Part shown: piece by piece, positions 17,411-26,000 of the stretch
Layout: every line of letters begins with the position of its first letter
How positions within the stretch are numbered: the first letter of the stretch is position 1
Assembly (NCBI GenBank): GCA_013329905.1
Contig: DUJH01000016.1
Span: 22,192 to 67,261, forward strand
DNA: 45,070 bases
Reading direction: 5' to 3'
DNA from: Candidatus Thalassarchaeaceae archaeon
GTDB lineage: Archaea > Thermoplasmatota > Poseidoniia > Poseidoniales > Thalassarchaeaceae
The notes under the pieces: model-generated
Told to the model about the DNA's origin: nothing
What the model saw: only the letters and a program-made list of their open reading frames with translations
The model's database searches: none
Program-made: the position numbers and the translations under genes

Positions 17411-18523
17411 TCATATCGTTTGATACTCGGACGACAGCCGCGCCTCGTTGGTTGCCAACAGGCTCTTGTTCTTACTCGTGAGAAGGTCCTTGCTGGGATT
17501 GAGGTGGCTTATCGCCGACCCCGTCGAATCTCTTGTTACGACTGGCTCACCACCCATCGCTTCCTCCCAGAGAAGACCTGCTCGGTAGGATGAGCGGACT
17601 AAGGGGCCGCTCGCGACGGCTTTGAAGCCCATCTCACGAGCTGCCTTGTCCCAAGCAGCAAAGGTGGATGGTTCTGGGAATCTATCGATTGCTAGATGCT
17701 TCCAACTCGGCTGGAGATACTGACCGAGGGTAATCAGTTCGACACCTGCTTGGCGCAGCAGACCCATCGCCTCGACGACCTCTTCATCAGTTTCTCCGAC
17801 ACCGACCATAATACTCGATTTGATGACCAAATCGGGACGTAGTCGCTTAGCTTCGCGGAGTATTTCGAGGGATTGCTCGAAGGATGCGCGAGGGTCACGG
17901 ACTACTGAATCGAGGCGAGGTACGCACTCGACATTGTGAGCGAATACTCGCAGGGGTAGGTCGACGAGTAGGTGAGCGAGTGCGTCGAGATTTCCGTCGA
18001 GGTCCGAGCAGAGTAATTCTAGACCAACATCTGGGCGACGTTCGCGGACGGCCTCGAGGCACTTGCGGTAATGATCTGCTCCACCGTCTGGAAGGTCATC
18101 TCTGTTTACGACGGTGATGACCGCATGGCTGACGCCCATGCGGTCGACCGCTTCTGCCAATTCGTTCGGCTCATTGGGATTCAGTGGAGGGGGAGTTTTC
18201 TGGGTACCGACAGCGCAGAAGCGGCAGCCGCGGGTGCAGACCTCTCCGGCGATCATGAATGTCGCAGTCCCGCGGCCCCAACAATCGTGGATATTCGGGC
18301 AACGAGCTTCCTCACAGACCGTGTTCAATCCATGCTCATGCACGTTTGACTTGGTATCATTGAATCTTGCTTGAGCAGAACCGGTTGGAAGTGTGGTTCT
18401 GAACCATGGAGGAAGTCGCTTCCGCTCAGACTTGCGGCGCTCCTCCGTACTCATCCGAGCCGCCCCACCACAGCCTCCGGCTGAGACTCCAGCAGCATCA
18501 GCCTGTGGCAGCCGCACACTCAT
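17411..18523 (-). CDS. lipA: Lipoyl synthase LipA (likely start ATG 18454)
   Basis: Has the auxiliary cluster motif CEEARCPNIHDCW and radical-SAM CTRGCRFC. The ORF carries about 23 extra N-terminal codons and a C-terminal tail of about 50 aa beyond the usual LipA core. Confidence 0.9.
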   Translation of the reverse strand: MSVRLPQADAAGVSAGGCGGAARMSTEERRKSERKRLPPWFRTTLPTGSAQARFNDTKSNVHEHGLNTVCEEARCPNIHDCWGRGTATFMIAGEVCTRGCRFCAVGTQKTPPPLNPNEPNELAEAVDRMGVSHAVITVVNRDDLPDGGADHYRKCLEAVRERRPDVGLELLCSDLDGNLDALAHLLVDLPLRVFAHNVECVPRLDSVVRDPRASFEQSLEILREAKRLRPDLVIKSSIMVGVGETDEEVVEAMGLLRQAGVELITLGQYLQPSWKHLAIDRFPEPSTFAAWDKAAREMGFKAVASGPLVRSSYRAGLLWEEAMGGEPVVTRDSTGSAISHLNPSKDLLTSKNKSLLATNEARLSSEYQTI

Positions 18524-18627
18524 TGAAGCCGAGGAGCGGACATACGGCGTTAATCGTTCGCCTCGAACCTACACATGAGGTGGTTCGGAACGAGGTGCAA
18601 AATACGAGAGGAGCCTCGGAAGAGTCG

Positions 18628-19416
18628 ATGGCTCGCAGTGCAGCACTAGTGACCGGAGGTGCAAAGAGAATCGGAGCCGCTATCTGCCTTCACCTAGCAG
18701 AAAAAGGATACTCGGTGGCAGTTCACCACAATTCGTCGGCCAAGTCCGCCGAGGATCTAGTCGAGCGACTACGCGAGATTGGAGTCGAGGCTTGTACGGT
18801 TCGTGGCGACTTGAGAAATGCTGATGAAGTCTCGAACATTATCTCTGAAGCGTCATCAAAGATTGGTCCGATTTCTCACTTAGTCAACAACGCATCTCGC
18901 TTTGAATTTGATGATATCGAGAGTGTTGACTCTGATTCGTGGGACTCTCACATGGATGTCAATGCGCGCGCACCGATTTTACTCACGCGCGCGCTACTCA
19001 AACAATTACCAAATTCTAATGCAAAAGCATCGGACTCAGTCGCCGCTTCTGTGGTTAACATTCTCGACCAGAAAATCGCTGCACCTAGTCCAGACCATCT
19101 GTCTTACACCGCTTCGCGCTACGCTTTACTCGGATTGACCGACGCCCTAGCCCGTGGATTGGCCCCTCGCCTACGCGTCAATGCCGTCGCTCCAGGACAC
19201 ACCCTTGGAAGCCAAGATCAGACTGCAGAAGGGTTCGAGCGGGCTCAATCAGAGAGTCCGCTTGGATTCGGCCCGGAGCCGAATGACATTGCAGAAGCTG
19301 TCGGCTATCTCATCGGCGCACGGGCAGTTACAGGCCAGGTGCTTTTCGTCGATTCAGGGGAGAGGTTCCTCTCTCGGAGTCGTGATGTGCTTTTCGAGAC
19401 GGAGGGCGGGTTATGA
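18628..19416 (+). CDS. Short-chain dehydrogenase/reductase of the pteridine-reductase/FolM-like subgroup
   Basis: 262 aa from ATG 18628 (MARSAALVTGGAKRIGAAICLHL). Contains TGGxxRIG, NNAS, Y-T-A-S-R at the YxxxK position, and LAPRLRVNAVAPG. The ORF-track start at 18406 would overlap lipA. Confidence 0.75.
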   Translation: MARSAALVTGGAKRIGAAICLHLAEKGYSVAVHHNSSAKSAEDLVERLREIGVEACTVRGDLRNADEVSNIISEASSKIGPISHLVNNASRFEFDDIESVDSDSWDSHMDVNARAPILLTRALLKQLPNSNAKASDSVAASVVNILDQKIAAPSPDHLSYTASRYALLGLTDALARGLAPRLRVNAVAPGHTLGSQDQTAEGFERAQSESPLGFGPEPNDIAEAVGYLIGARAVTGQVLFVDSGERFLSRSRDVLFETEGGL

Positions 19417-19814
19417 GCGGACATTCGGAGGCACTGATGCAACTCATGGCACAGACCCAAGGGGTGACTACGCTATTCCTCGAAAACGTCGTGCGTGAGG
19501 TCGATATTGGCGTGCACGACCACGAATGGGGGTCTCCCCAGCGATTACAATTCGACATTTATGTGATGCTGTCAGGAGTGCCTGAACCGAGCGCGGATGA
19601 GATTGGTGAAGTACTTGATTATGAGTATCTGATTTCCGCGCTCGACGAAACTCTGGAGATGAATCGAGCCGCTCTGCTGGAGACACTGGCGAATCGGCTA
19701 CTCGACAGGGTCCTCGAACCAAACTCAGCCGAAGGAGCGAGCGTGATTCTAACGAAGCTCGATGTGCTCGAAGGTGATGGGCAATTGGGATGCTCGATGA
19801 CGCGTCTGAAGTGA
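19413..19814 (+). CDS. Dihydroneopterin aldolase family protein (FolB/FolX-like)
   Basis: 133 aa. LFLENVVREVDIGVHDHEWGSPQRLQFDIYVML...VLDYEYLISALDE...LLETLANRLLDRVL...VILTKLDV matches the FolB tunnelling-fold pattern. There is an ATGA start/stop overlap with the SDR gene. Confidence 0.65.
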   Translation: MSGHSEALMQLMAQTQGVTTLFLENVVREVDIGVHDHEWGSPQRLQFDIYVMLSGVPEPSADEIGEVLDYEYLISALDETLEMNRAALLETLANRLLDRVLEPNSAEGASVILTKLDVLEGDGQLGCSMTRLK

Positions 19815-19900
19815 TGGTGCAGGGAGCAGGATTTGAACCTGCGAAGCACTATGCACCGGAGCTTAAGTCCGGCCCCTTTGACCAACTCGGGTATCCCTGC
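19815..19900 (-). tRNA. tRNA-Leu (anticodon UAA), type II with long variable arm, CCA encoded
   Basis: The rc reads GCAGGGA-TA-CCCGAGTTGGTCAAAGGGG-CCGGA-CTTAAGC-TCCGG-TGCATAGTGCTTC-GCAGG-TTCAAAT-CCTGC-TCCCTGC-A-CCA. It has a perfect 7-bp acceptor stem, a 5-bp anticodon stem with loop CUUAAGC (UAA), a 13-nt variable arm, a T-loop TTCAAAT and discriminator A. Confidence 0.9.
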
Positions 19901-20035
19901 AAGTCTGCTGGCAAAGCCATTGGACTTGAAACGAGCGGCACGCAACGCCCCCTTTTGGGGGCGCGTGGGGAAAACGATGCATTGTCGGCTCGGACCTCAC
20001 GAACGCTTTAACACCCCGCTGAGAGCCGAAGACCG

Positions 20036-22978
20036 ATGATTGCGAGCAGCAAGTCGATTCACGGGCTCGGTATCGCCCGAACTGCGGTGTTTCTCGCCTT
20101 GCTCATGTTGGCGGCTCCACTGGCTGGAGTAACGGCACCTACAACCACTCTATCCGATGCTTCCAAATCGCAGGCCTCAGATGACCTTGAACTCAAACTC
20201 TACACTCTCTACTTGGCCGAAGCCAACTCCTCCTCTGGAGGTGATGGCCACATCACAACTCGTGTTCCTGAATCGGGTGGTCAATCGACTGCGAGTGCCC
20301 TCGATTCGACTATCGAATTCAGCACCGGCGACCTCATGAGTATGTTGATGATCAACGGCCGCCCCAAGCACGGTTCTTCCTCAGGTCAATTCTACATCCC
20401 AGTGCAACTTTTCCTCCGTGCACAGGGGCCGAGTAACTCCCAGGTCACTTGGGACATTACTATCAGGGCCAATGGTGCCACAGTAGGTTCCGAATCATGG
20501 GAGGCTGATGCGTGCAATCCCGGACTCACGAATTCATGTAATTTCGATCATGAACTCTTTGAGGTCATCCTCGACGATGACGAGGAAGGTTTCGAGGTCG
20601 AGGATGGTAAGGAATTTACTGTTGAGATTTCCGCTGAAATGACCGGTTGCGAGAGCGGGGGTGGTCCTTTCGGAGGCAGTTGTGAGGCTGAGATTGCATG
20701 GAATGAAATCGATGATGAGAGTAACCGTTACTCTCAGTTGGAGGTTGAATCTAATGCCATTGCCGATAGCGAGGTCATCTTACAACGCGACGGTGCTGAA
20801 CTAGCCGATGGCGCCGAACTTGAATGGTATCCGAATGATGTTCTAGCCGACCGAACCATGCAGTTCTCCTTCGATGTCAAGAGCGCCTTTGGGCGTGAAG
20901 ACATGGATTCGGTTCGCCTTTTGATGCGCGACCCAGACGGAAATTATCGCGTTGATCACGAAGTTTCTTCTGACGACGATGGCATCCGCGACACTAGTCA
21001 AGGAATCTTTGGCGAATACACGTGGACATATCCGAGCGGATTACCATCTGGCGAGTATAGCGTTGAGCTCGAAATCACCGACGTGCAAGGTAATGCCTTC
21101 CTCGTCGAGCACGATCCTGTTGAGATGAAGCAGTGGGGAGTCGCAATCAATCACCGCGAGGACCGAACCGTAGAGTATGTGGCTCCCTCCGAGACGACTC
21201 CAGTGCCGCTGCAACTCGTCCATCGCGGAGATTCCACCAAATCTATGACAGTCGAACTCGAGTTGCTCACCAATCTTGGTAGCGCTTGGTTGGTCGAGTT
21301 TGATTCCCCCGGCGGCTACACTCTGAATTCTGGGGGGGACATCCTCAATCCGATTCTAACCATCACCGCCCCAGATGATTTGACAGGAACTCCTGACAAG
21401 ATCGAAATTAGGGCGGTGGCAGAAGCTACCATCGAAGGAGTGCAAACTGTGGTCCACCAAGACCTGCTCTCTCTCGATCTGGAGAAACTCGAAGTTTACC
21501 AGCCACCCGATGTATCGGTGTGGGACGAGGACCACGAAGTCCCAATCGCCAACTCTAGCCGTCCAAGTGACATAGACGCGACAATTCCTCGATACGTCGA
21601 GGACAATCAATTCACCACTTTCTTGCTTGAGATTTTCAACACTGGATTTGACACAGATACATTCCGTGTTGACGTCCTCAAACGTTCAAAGACCATCATC
21701 CAGATTTACGATAATGACACTGGCGAGAGAATCCTCGAAGATGATGGAGATGGCACATTCCACATCCCTGCTCTCGAGCGTCATTCAACTCAGGTTCTGC
21801 GCTTCAATGTCAAACCATCTGCTGACCGAGAAGACCCCGATATCGGAATGCTCGAGCTTGAGGTGATTAGCACTGGAAACGCCTCACTGCGGACTACAGT
21901 GGAGTTCACAATCCAGCGTACCTTTGGAATCCGCGCGGAGGTTTCTCAGGACTGTGATGGCACGCCACTCGGTCACATTCAGGTTTCTCTCTGTTCATCT
22001 CTCTCCGACCCAGAAGTGAACCTCCGCGCGCGTATAACCAATAGTATGACCAGCGGTGCATCCGCCTCACAATGGCGGATTGTCAATCCTGCCAGTCTCT
22101 CAGAGAATACGGACCGTAACGCGGCCTACGGGCAGTGGAATTATCGTATCCTCGACGAGAACGGCTCAGCCCTGCCGACGGTGTCGCTAGGGCCCGGGGA
22201 TTATACTGAAATCTTCGTCGTTGTCACTCTAACCAATCAAGTCGTCGTCGGCAATCACACAGTATATCTCAGAATAATTGAGGAGACCTCAGATTCCAAT
22301 CCACGTTACTTCGATCTCCCAATGGTCTTCGAAGTCGATGCAGACGAACCGGACCTTGAGATTGTCCAAGTCACTTCGAATAGGAAACTCGCTCCAGGCG
22401 AGGATTACGACTTCCAACTCAAGGTCCGCAACAAAGGAAACAGCCCTCTAATCGTCCTCCTTGATGCCGAGGCCGTCGGAGCTACTGGGTGGACGGTCGA
22501 TATCGGTGGTCCAACTGGCTCTCGACTTATCGAACTCGACGCTTTCGAAGAAGTCACTTTCCACCTCGAGGTCTCGGTTCCAGCCTCGGCCAATAACGGA
22601 GATCAGGTAGTCGTTACTGTGACTGCAGAACCGCACGATACAGATCAGAGTTGGCCAGAGGAGTTTACCGCTGAGGAGGAGGTCACATTGGTCGTCGGAA
22701 TTGACGCCATCTTCGATCGTCTGATGAATGAAATTACCAACCCTCGTGCTTCGACTCTCATCGTCATGGTAGTTGCCATACTGCTAGTTTTCGGAGGAAT
22801 CCAGAGCAGGATGAACCGTAGGAAATGGGCAGCCCACCTAGCGCTTCTTGAAGCGATGAACGACGAGGATGAAGAGAATGAGGAAGAGGATATGGGTGAA
22901 GATATCCCTGCTCCTGTTACTGAGGAAGAAGAGCCAGATGAGATGGTTTACGATGATGATGACATCGAACTCATCTGA
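20036..22978 (+). CDS. Large secreted, C-terminally anchored surface protein (CARDB/NEW3-like, COG1470-like beta-sandwich repeats) with a highly acidic cytoplasmic tail
   Basis: 980 aa. Has a signal peptide (ARTAVFLALLMLAAPLAGVTA). Segments such as LKVRNKGNSPLIVLLDAEAVGATGWTVDIGG...FHLEVSVPASANNGD are typical of archaeal CARDB/NEW3-type surface proteins. A TM (STLIVMVVAILLVFGGIQS) is followed by a tail ending DEDEENEEEDMGED...EEEEPDEMVYDDDDIELI. Confidence 0.75.
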   Translation: MIASSKSIHGLGIARTAVFLALLMLAAPLAGVTAPTTTLSDASKSQASDDLELKLYTLYLAEANSSSGGDGHITTRVPESGGQSTASALDSTIEFSTGDLMSMLMINGRPKHGSSSGQFYIPVQLFLRAQGPSNSQVTWDITIRANGATVGSESWEADACNPGLTNSCNFDHELFEVILDDDEEGFEVEDGKEFTVEISAEMTGCESGGGPFGGSCEAEIAWNEIDDESNRYSQLEVESNAIADSEVILQRDGAELADGAELEWYPNDVLADRTMQFSFDVKSAFGREDMDSVRLLMRDPDGNYRVDHEVSSDDDGIRDTSQGIFGEYTWTYPSGLPSGEYSVELEITDVQGNAFLVEHDPVEMKQWGVAINHREDRTVEYVAPSETTPVPLQLVHRGDSTKSMTVELELLTNLGSAWLVEFDSPGGYTLNSGGDILNPILTITAPDDLTGTPDKIEIRAVAEATIEGVQTVVHQDLLSLDLEKLEVYQPPDVSVWDEDHEVPIANSSRPSDIDATIPRYVEDNQFTTFLLEIFNTGFDTDTFRVDVLKRSKTIIQIYDNDTGERILEDDGDGTFHIPALERHSTQVLRFNVKPSADREDPDIGMLELEVISTGNASLRTTVEFTIQRTFGIRAEVSQDCDGTPLGHIQVSLCSSLSDPEVNLRARITNSMTSGASASQWRIVNPASLSENTDRNAAYGQWNYRILDENGSALPTVSLGPGDYTEIFVVVTLTNQVVVGNHTVYLRIIEETSDSNPRYFDLPMVFEVDADEPDLEIVQVTSNRKLAPGEDYDFQLKVRNKGNSPLIVLLDAEAVGATGWTVDIGGPTGSRLIELDAFEEVTFHLEVSVPASANNGDQVVVTVTAEPHDTDQSWPEEFTAEEEVTLVVGIDAIFDRLMNEITNPRASTLIVMVVAILLVFGGIQSRMNRRKWAAHLALLEAMNDEDEENEEEDMGEDIPAPVTEEEEPDEMVYDDDDIELI

Positions 22979-23053
22979 GTCTACGCTTGAGCAACGTCCG
23001 AACGGCGCTCCATTCCGCTTAAGACCCGTATGAACCGCCGTAGGCGGTAGGGA

Positions 23054-26000
23054 GTGTGCATCTTGTACGTCGATGAGAGGGGGAATTATGCTCGAATCGC
23101 CCGACGCAAGGAGCGTTCAGCTCTTCTCTTCAGTCTCTTGATGCTGTTAACATCATATTCTGCAATCGAATTTGCATCTTGGGAAGCGATGGGTTCGACA
23201 GATACTGATGGTGATGGATTGCCATACGGTCTGGAGTATTACATCGGCACCCAACCGCAGGATTGGGATTCGGATAACGATGGACTTCCAGATGGCTGGG
23301 AGTGGCAATACGGCCTTGATCCGCTATCTGCGACTGGAATTAATGGCTCGACGGGCGATCCTGACGGCGACTCTCTGACTAATCTGAATGAATATCAATA
23401 CGGAATTCCTTCGAATTGGGATTCTGCCTCAACTCCGAACGAATTGGATAACGGCGTCTGGTGGAATGGGACGGTTCCCGTCAGCAATTGGGATGAGGAG
23501 AGCGCTATGCAACTCATTCAGGGATTGAATTCTGATGGGGCTGACGAGGATCCTGTCGGTAATCTTTGTTTCAATAACTTCGACGATGACCATGATGGAT
23601 TGGTTGACAATTGGGATGGTGATTTTGATGGAGATGCCGATTGCGCCACCGATGATGATGATGGCGACAATTTAACCGATGAGGATCCGAACGGCTGGGA
23701 TACCGATGGAGATGGAATGCCAGACGGTTGGGAGGTTGCAAACAACCTTGATCCGACCTCGAATTCCGGAGATGATGGAACAAATGGAGATCCTGACGAT
23801 GACGGATTGATAAATCTCTACGAATATGTCAATCCGGCGTGGAGCACTCGCAATGGCTCGGTTCAACCGCCTCGTCAATATTGGAGGCCCGGCCCTGACA
23901 ATAGGACGAGTACTGAATCTCCTTGTAATCCGGTCCAGAATATAGGGCCGGGTGGATGTCAGTTATTCACCGCCGAGGTCGATGGTGTAACTTACACCGA
24001 TCCTAACAATAACGACACCGACGGAGATGGTCTGAACGATTCATACGAGGCTTTGGTTCTACTGACTGATCCGACGCATATTGATACTGACGGAGATGGA
24101 ATTTCAGACGGTGTCGAAGTCAACGGTTCCTATGGTAATCCACCCCAAGCGTCTGACCCACGAAACAACAATACCGATGGTGATCAATTCGACGACGGTG
24201 AGGAGGATACGAACTTCAATGGCGTCGTTGATCTCAATGAAACTGATCCGACGCGAATCGAGGACGCTGGCGACCTTGATGGTGATGGAATACAAAATTG
24301 GGAAGAAAATGCGACCTGTACTCAGTGGAATAATTCCGATACCGATGGAGGAGGTGTCGATGACGGCATCGAATTGACTCCAGCCCACGGAACGGACCCG
24401 TGTAAATCGACTTACGAATTATACCTCGATATCATAGTCTGGGATCCATCCGATAACTCCCTGACGGTGAATAATACCACGAAATTGGATCCCACGCCAA
24501 TCGACTGGAGACAGAACGGAGAACCGATGGCTTGGTTCGAATCACCTAATGGTAGCAGAATGCCATTTTCCTATTCGTCAATCCTTGGTAATACCATCAA
24601 AGGTGTGGACAATGACATGCCATCAGGGGCGTTATTCATCGTCGTCTTGAATGGCTCATGGTGCTGGGACCCAGCTCTTGGAACAGCCAATGAAGCCCAC
24701 TGCGACGACGATTACAAGGATAGTGACGGAGATGGCTTAGCTGATTGGGAAGAAGCCCTCGGGTCTTGGGGATTCATCTCCTTCACGAACATGACAGACT
24801 CTGATGGAGATAGCGTCAGCGACCTCGATGAGGTAATCAACGGAACTGACCCTCTGGAACCATGCAACAATCTCGCTGATTTCGATGGCGATGGTCTAAA
24901 CAATTGGTTCGAGAATAGTACCGGTTGTCCATTGATGTTCGGCATCGGTGGCGGTAATTTGACACAGGACAACTACACCACCCTGTGGAATAACACTGAC
25001 ACAGATAATGGTGGAGTAACGGACTTTCAGGAATATTTCGATGGTACGAATCCACAGAACAATCCAGATGACGACATGAATCCGTTGGATACTGATGGAG
25101 ACGGAATCCCAGACACCATTGAGCAGGAGATTGGAACCGATTGGCGTGATCCCGATACCGATGGTGGTGGAATTCCCGATGGGGACGAATGTCCCCCCGC
25201 ATTCTGGGATAATGACTGTGCGGATGCACAAATGAATCCATGGGATCCGTCGGATGATATTCAGGCGAATATGATGTACTTCTTCGCTGAGAACACCTCG
25301 ATTGGTATTGATTACAACATTACGCATTACTGGCGTTGGCACACCTATGATGCGTACACAGGAGTTTCTTGGGGTGTCAACACTAGCCTCGTTGGCTACA
25401 CACCAATATACCCTAGTTGGTCAACAATGCAGGGCGTCGCTCACCAAGACTTCTGGGACGACTCGGCCCTCTATGGTTGGGAACTAGCCTACCGAAATAA
25501 CGGCATCCTCTACCCTGGTGACGAACTCATCGCGCCTCACAATGCGGTCAATTACACAGATTGGATTGATGTTGGTGTGGGAATGAATTTCTCTAATTAT
25601 ACGCGTGACGTCCTCATCGATTCTTCGATTGTAACTAATCTCTATGTCACTGCAACTCAGGTGACGATGACCGATGTAATCAGGGACAACACCACCGGAT
25701 TCCAGAATAGTTCCTACGCTAAGGATCTCGGAAAGATTGAGTCGTCGGAGAATATCTCTCGCATCGCTTGGGAAGTGGTAAATGAGACTGGATGGACTTC
25801 AGCTTGGGACCAAGTGACGGCTATCCAACAATTCCTTATCAATGGGAATAACACTACGACGTTCTTACGGAATCACGCTGGTTCGAATAGAAGTGATTCC
25901 GCTTCTACACAATTACTGACAGACACATCCTTGTGGATTCTAGAGGAGGTGCGTGAAGGAGACTGTGACGAGTACGCGACCATATTCGCTGCTATGCTCA

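Noticed and set aside
18406-18627. N-terminal 74-codon extension of the SDR ORF
   Set aside because: It would overlap the lipA 5' end on the opposite strand and has odd composition (His/Pro/Leu/Arg-rich). The canonical SDR N-terminus begins at ATG 18628, immediately before the TGG glycine motif.
23201-25260. Periodic GATGG(T/A)GATGG-type DNA motifs that could be mistaken for a tandem repeat or CRISPR-like array
   Set aside because: They are in frame within one long ORF and encode DxDxDG calcium loops. Spacing is irregular and the DNA copies are degenerate. This is a protein-level repeat, not a repeat-spacer array.
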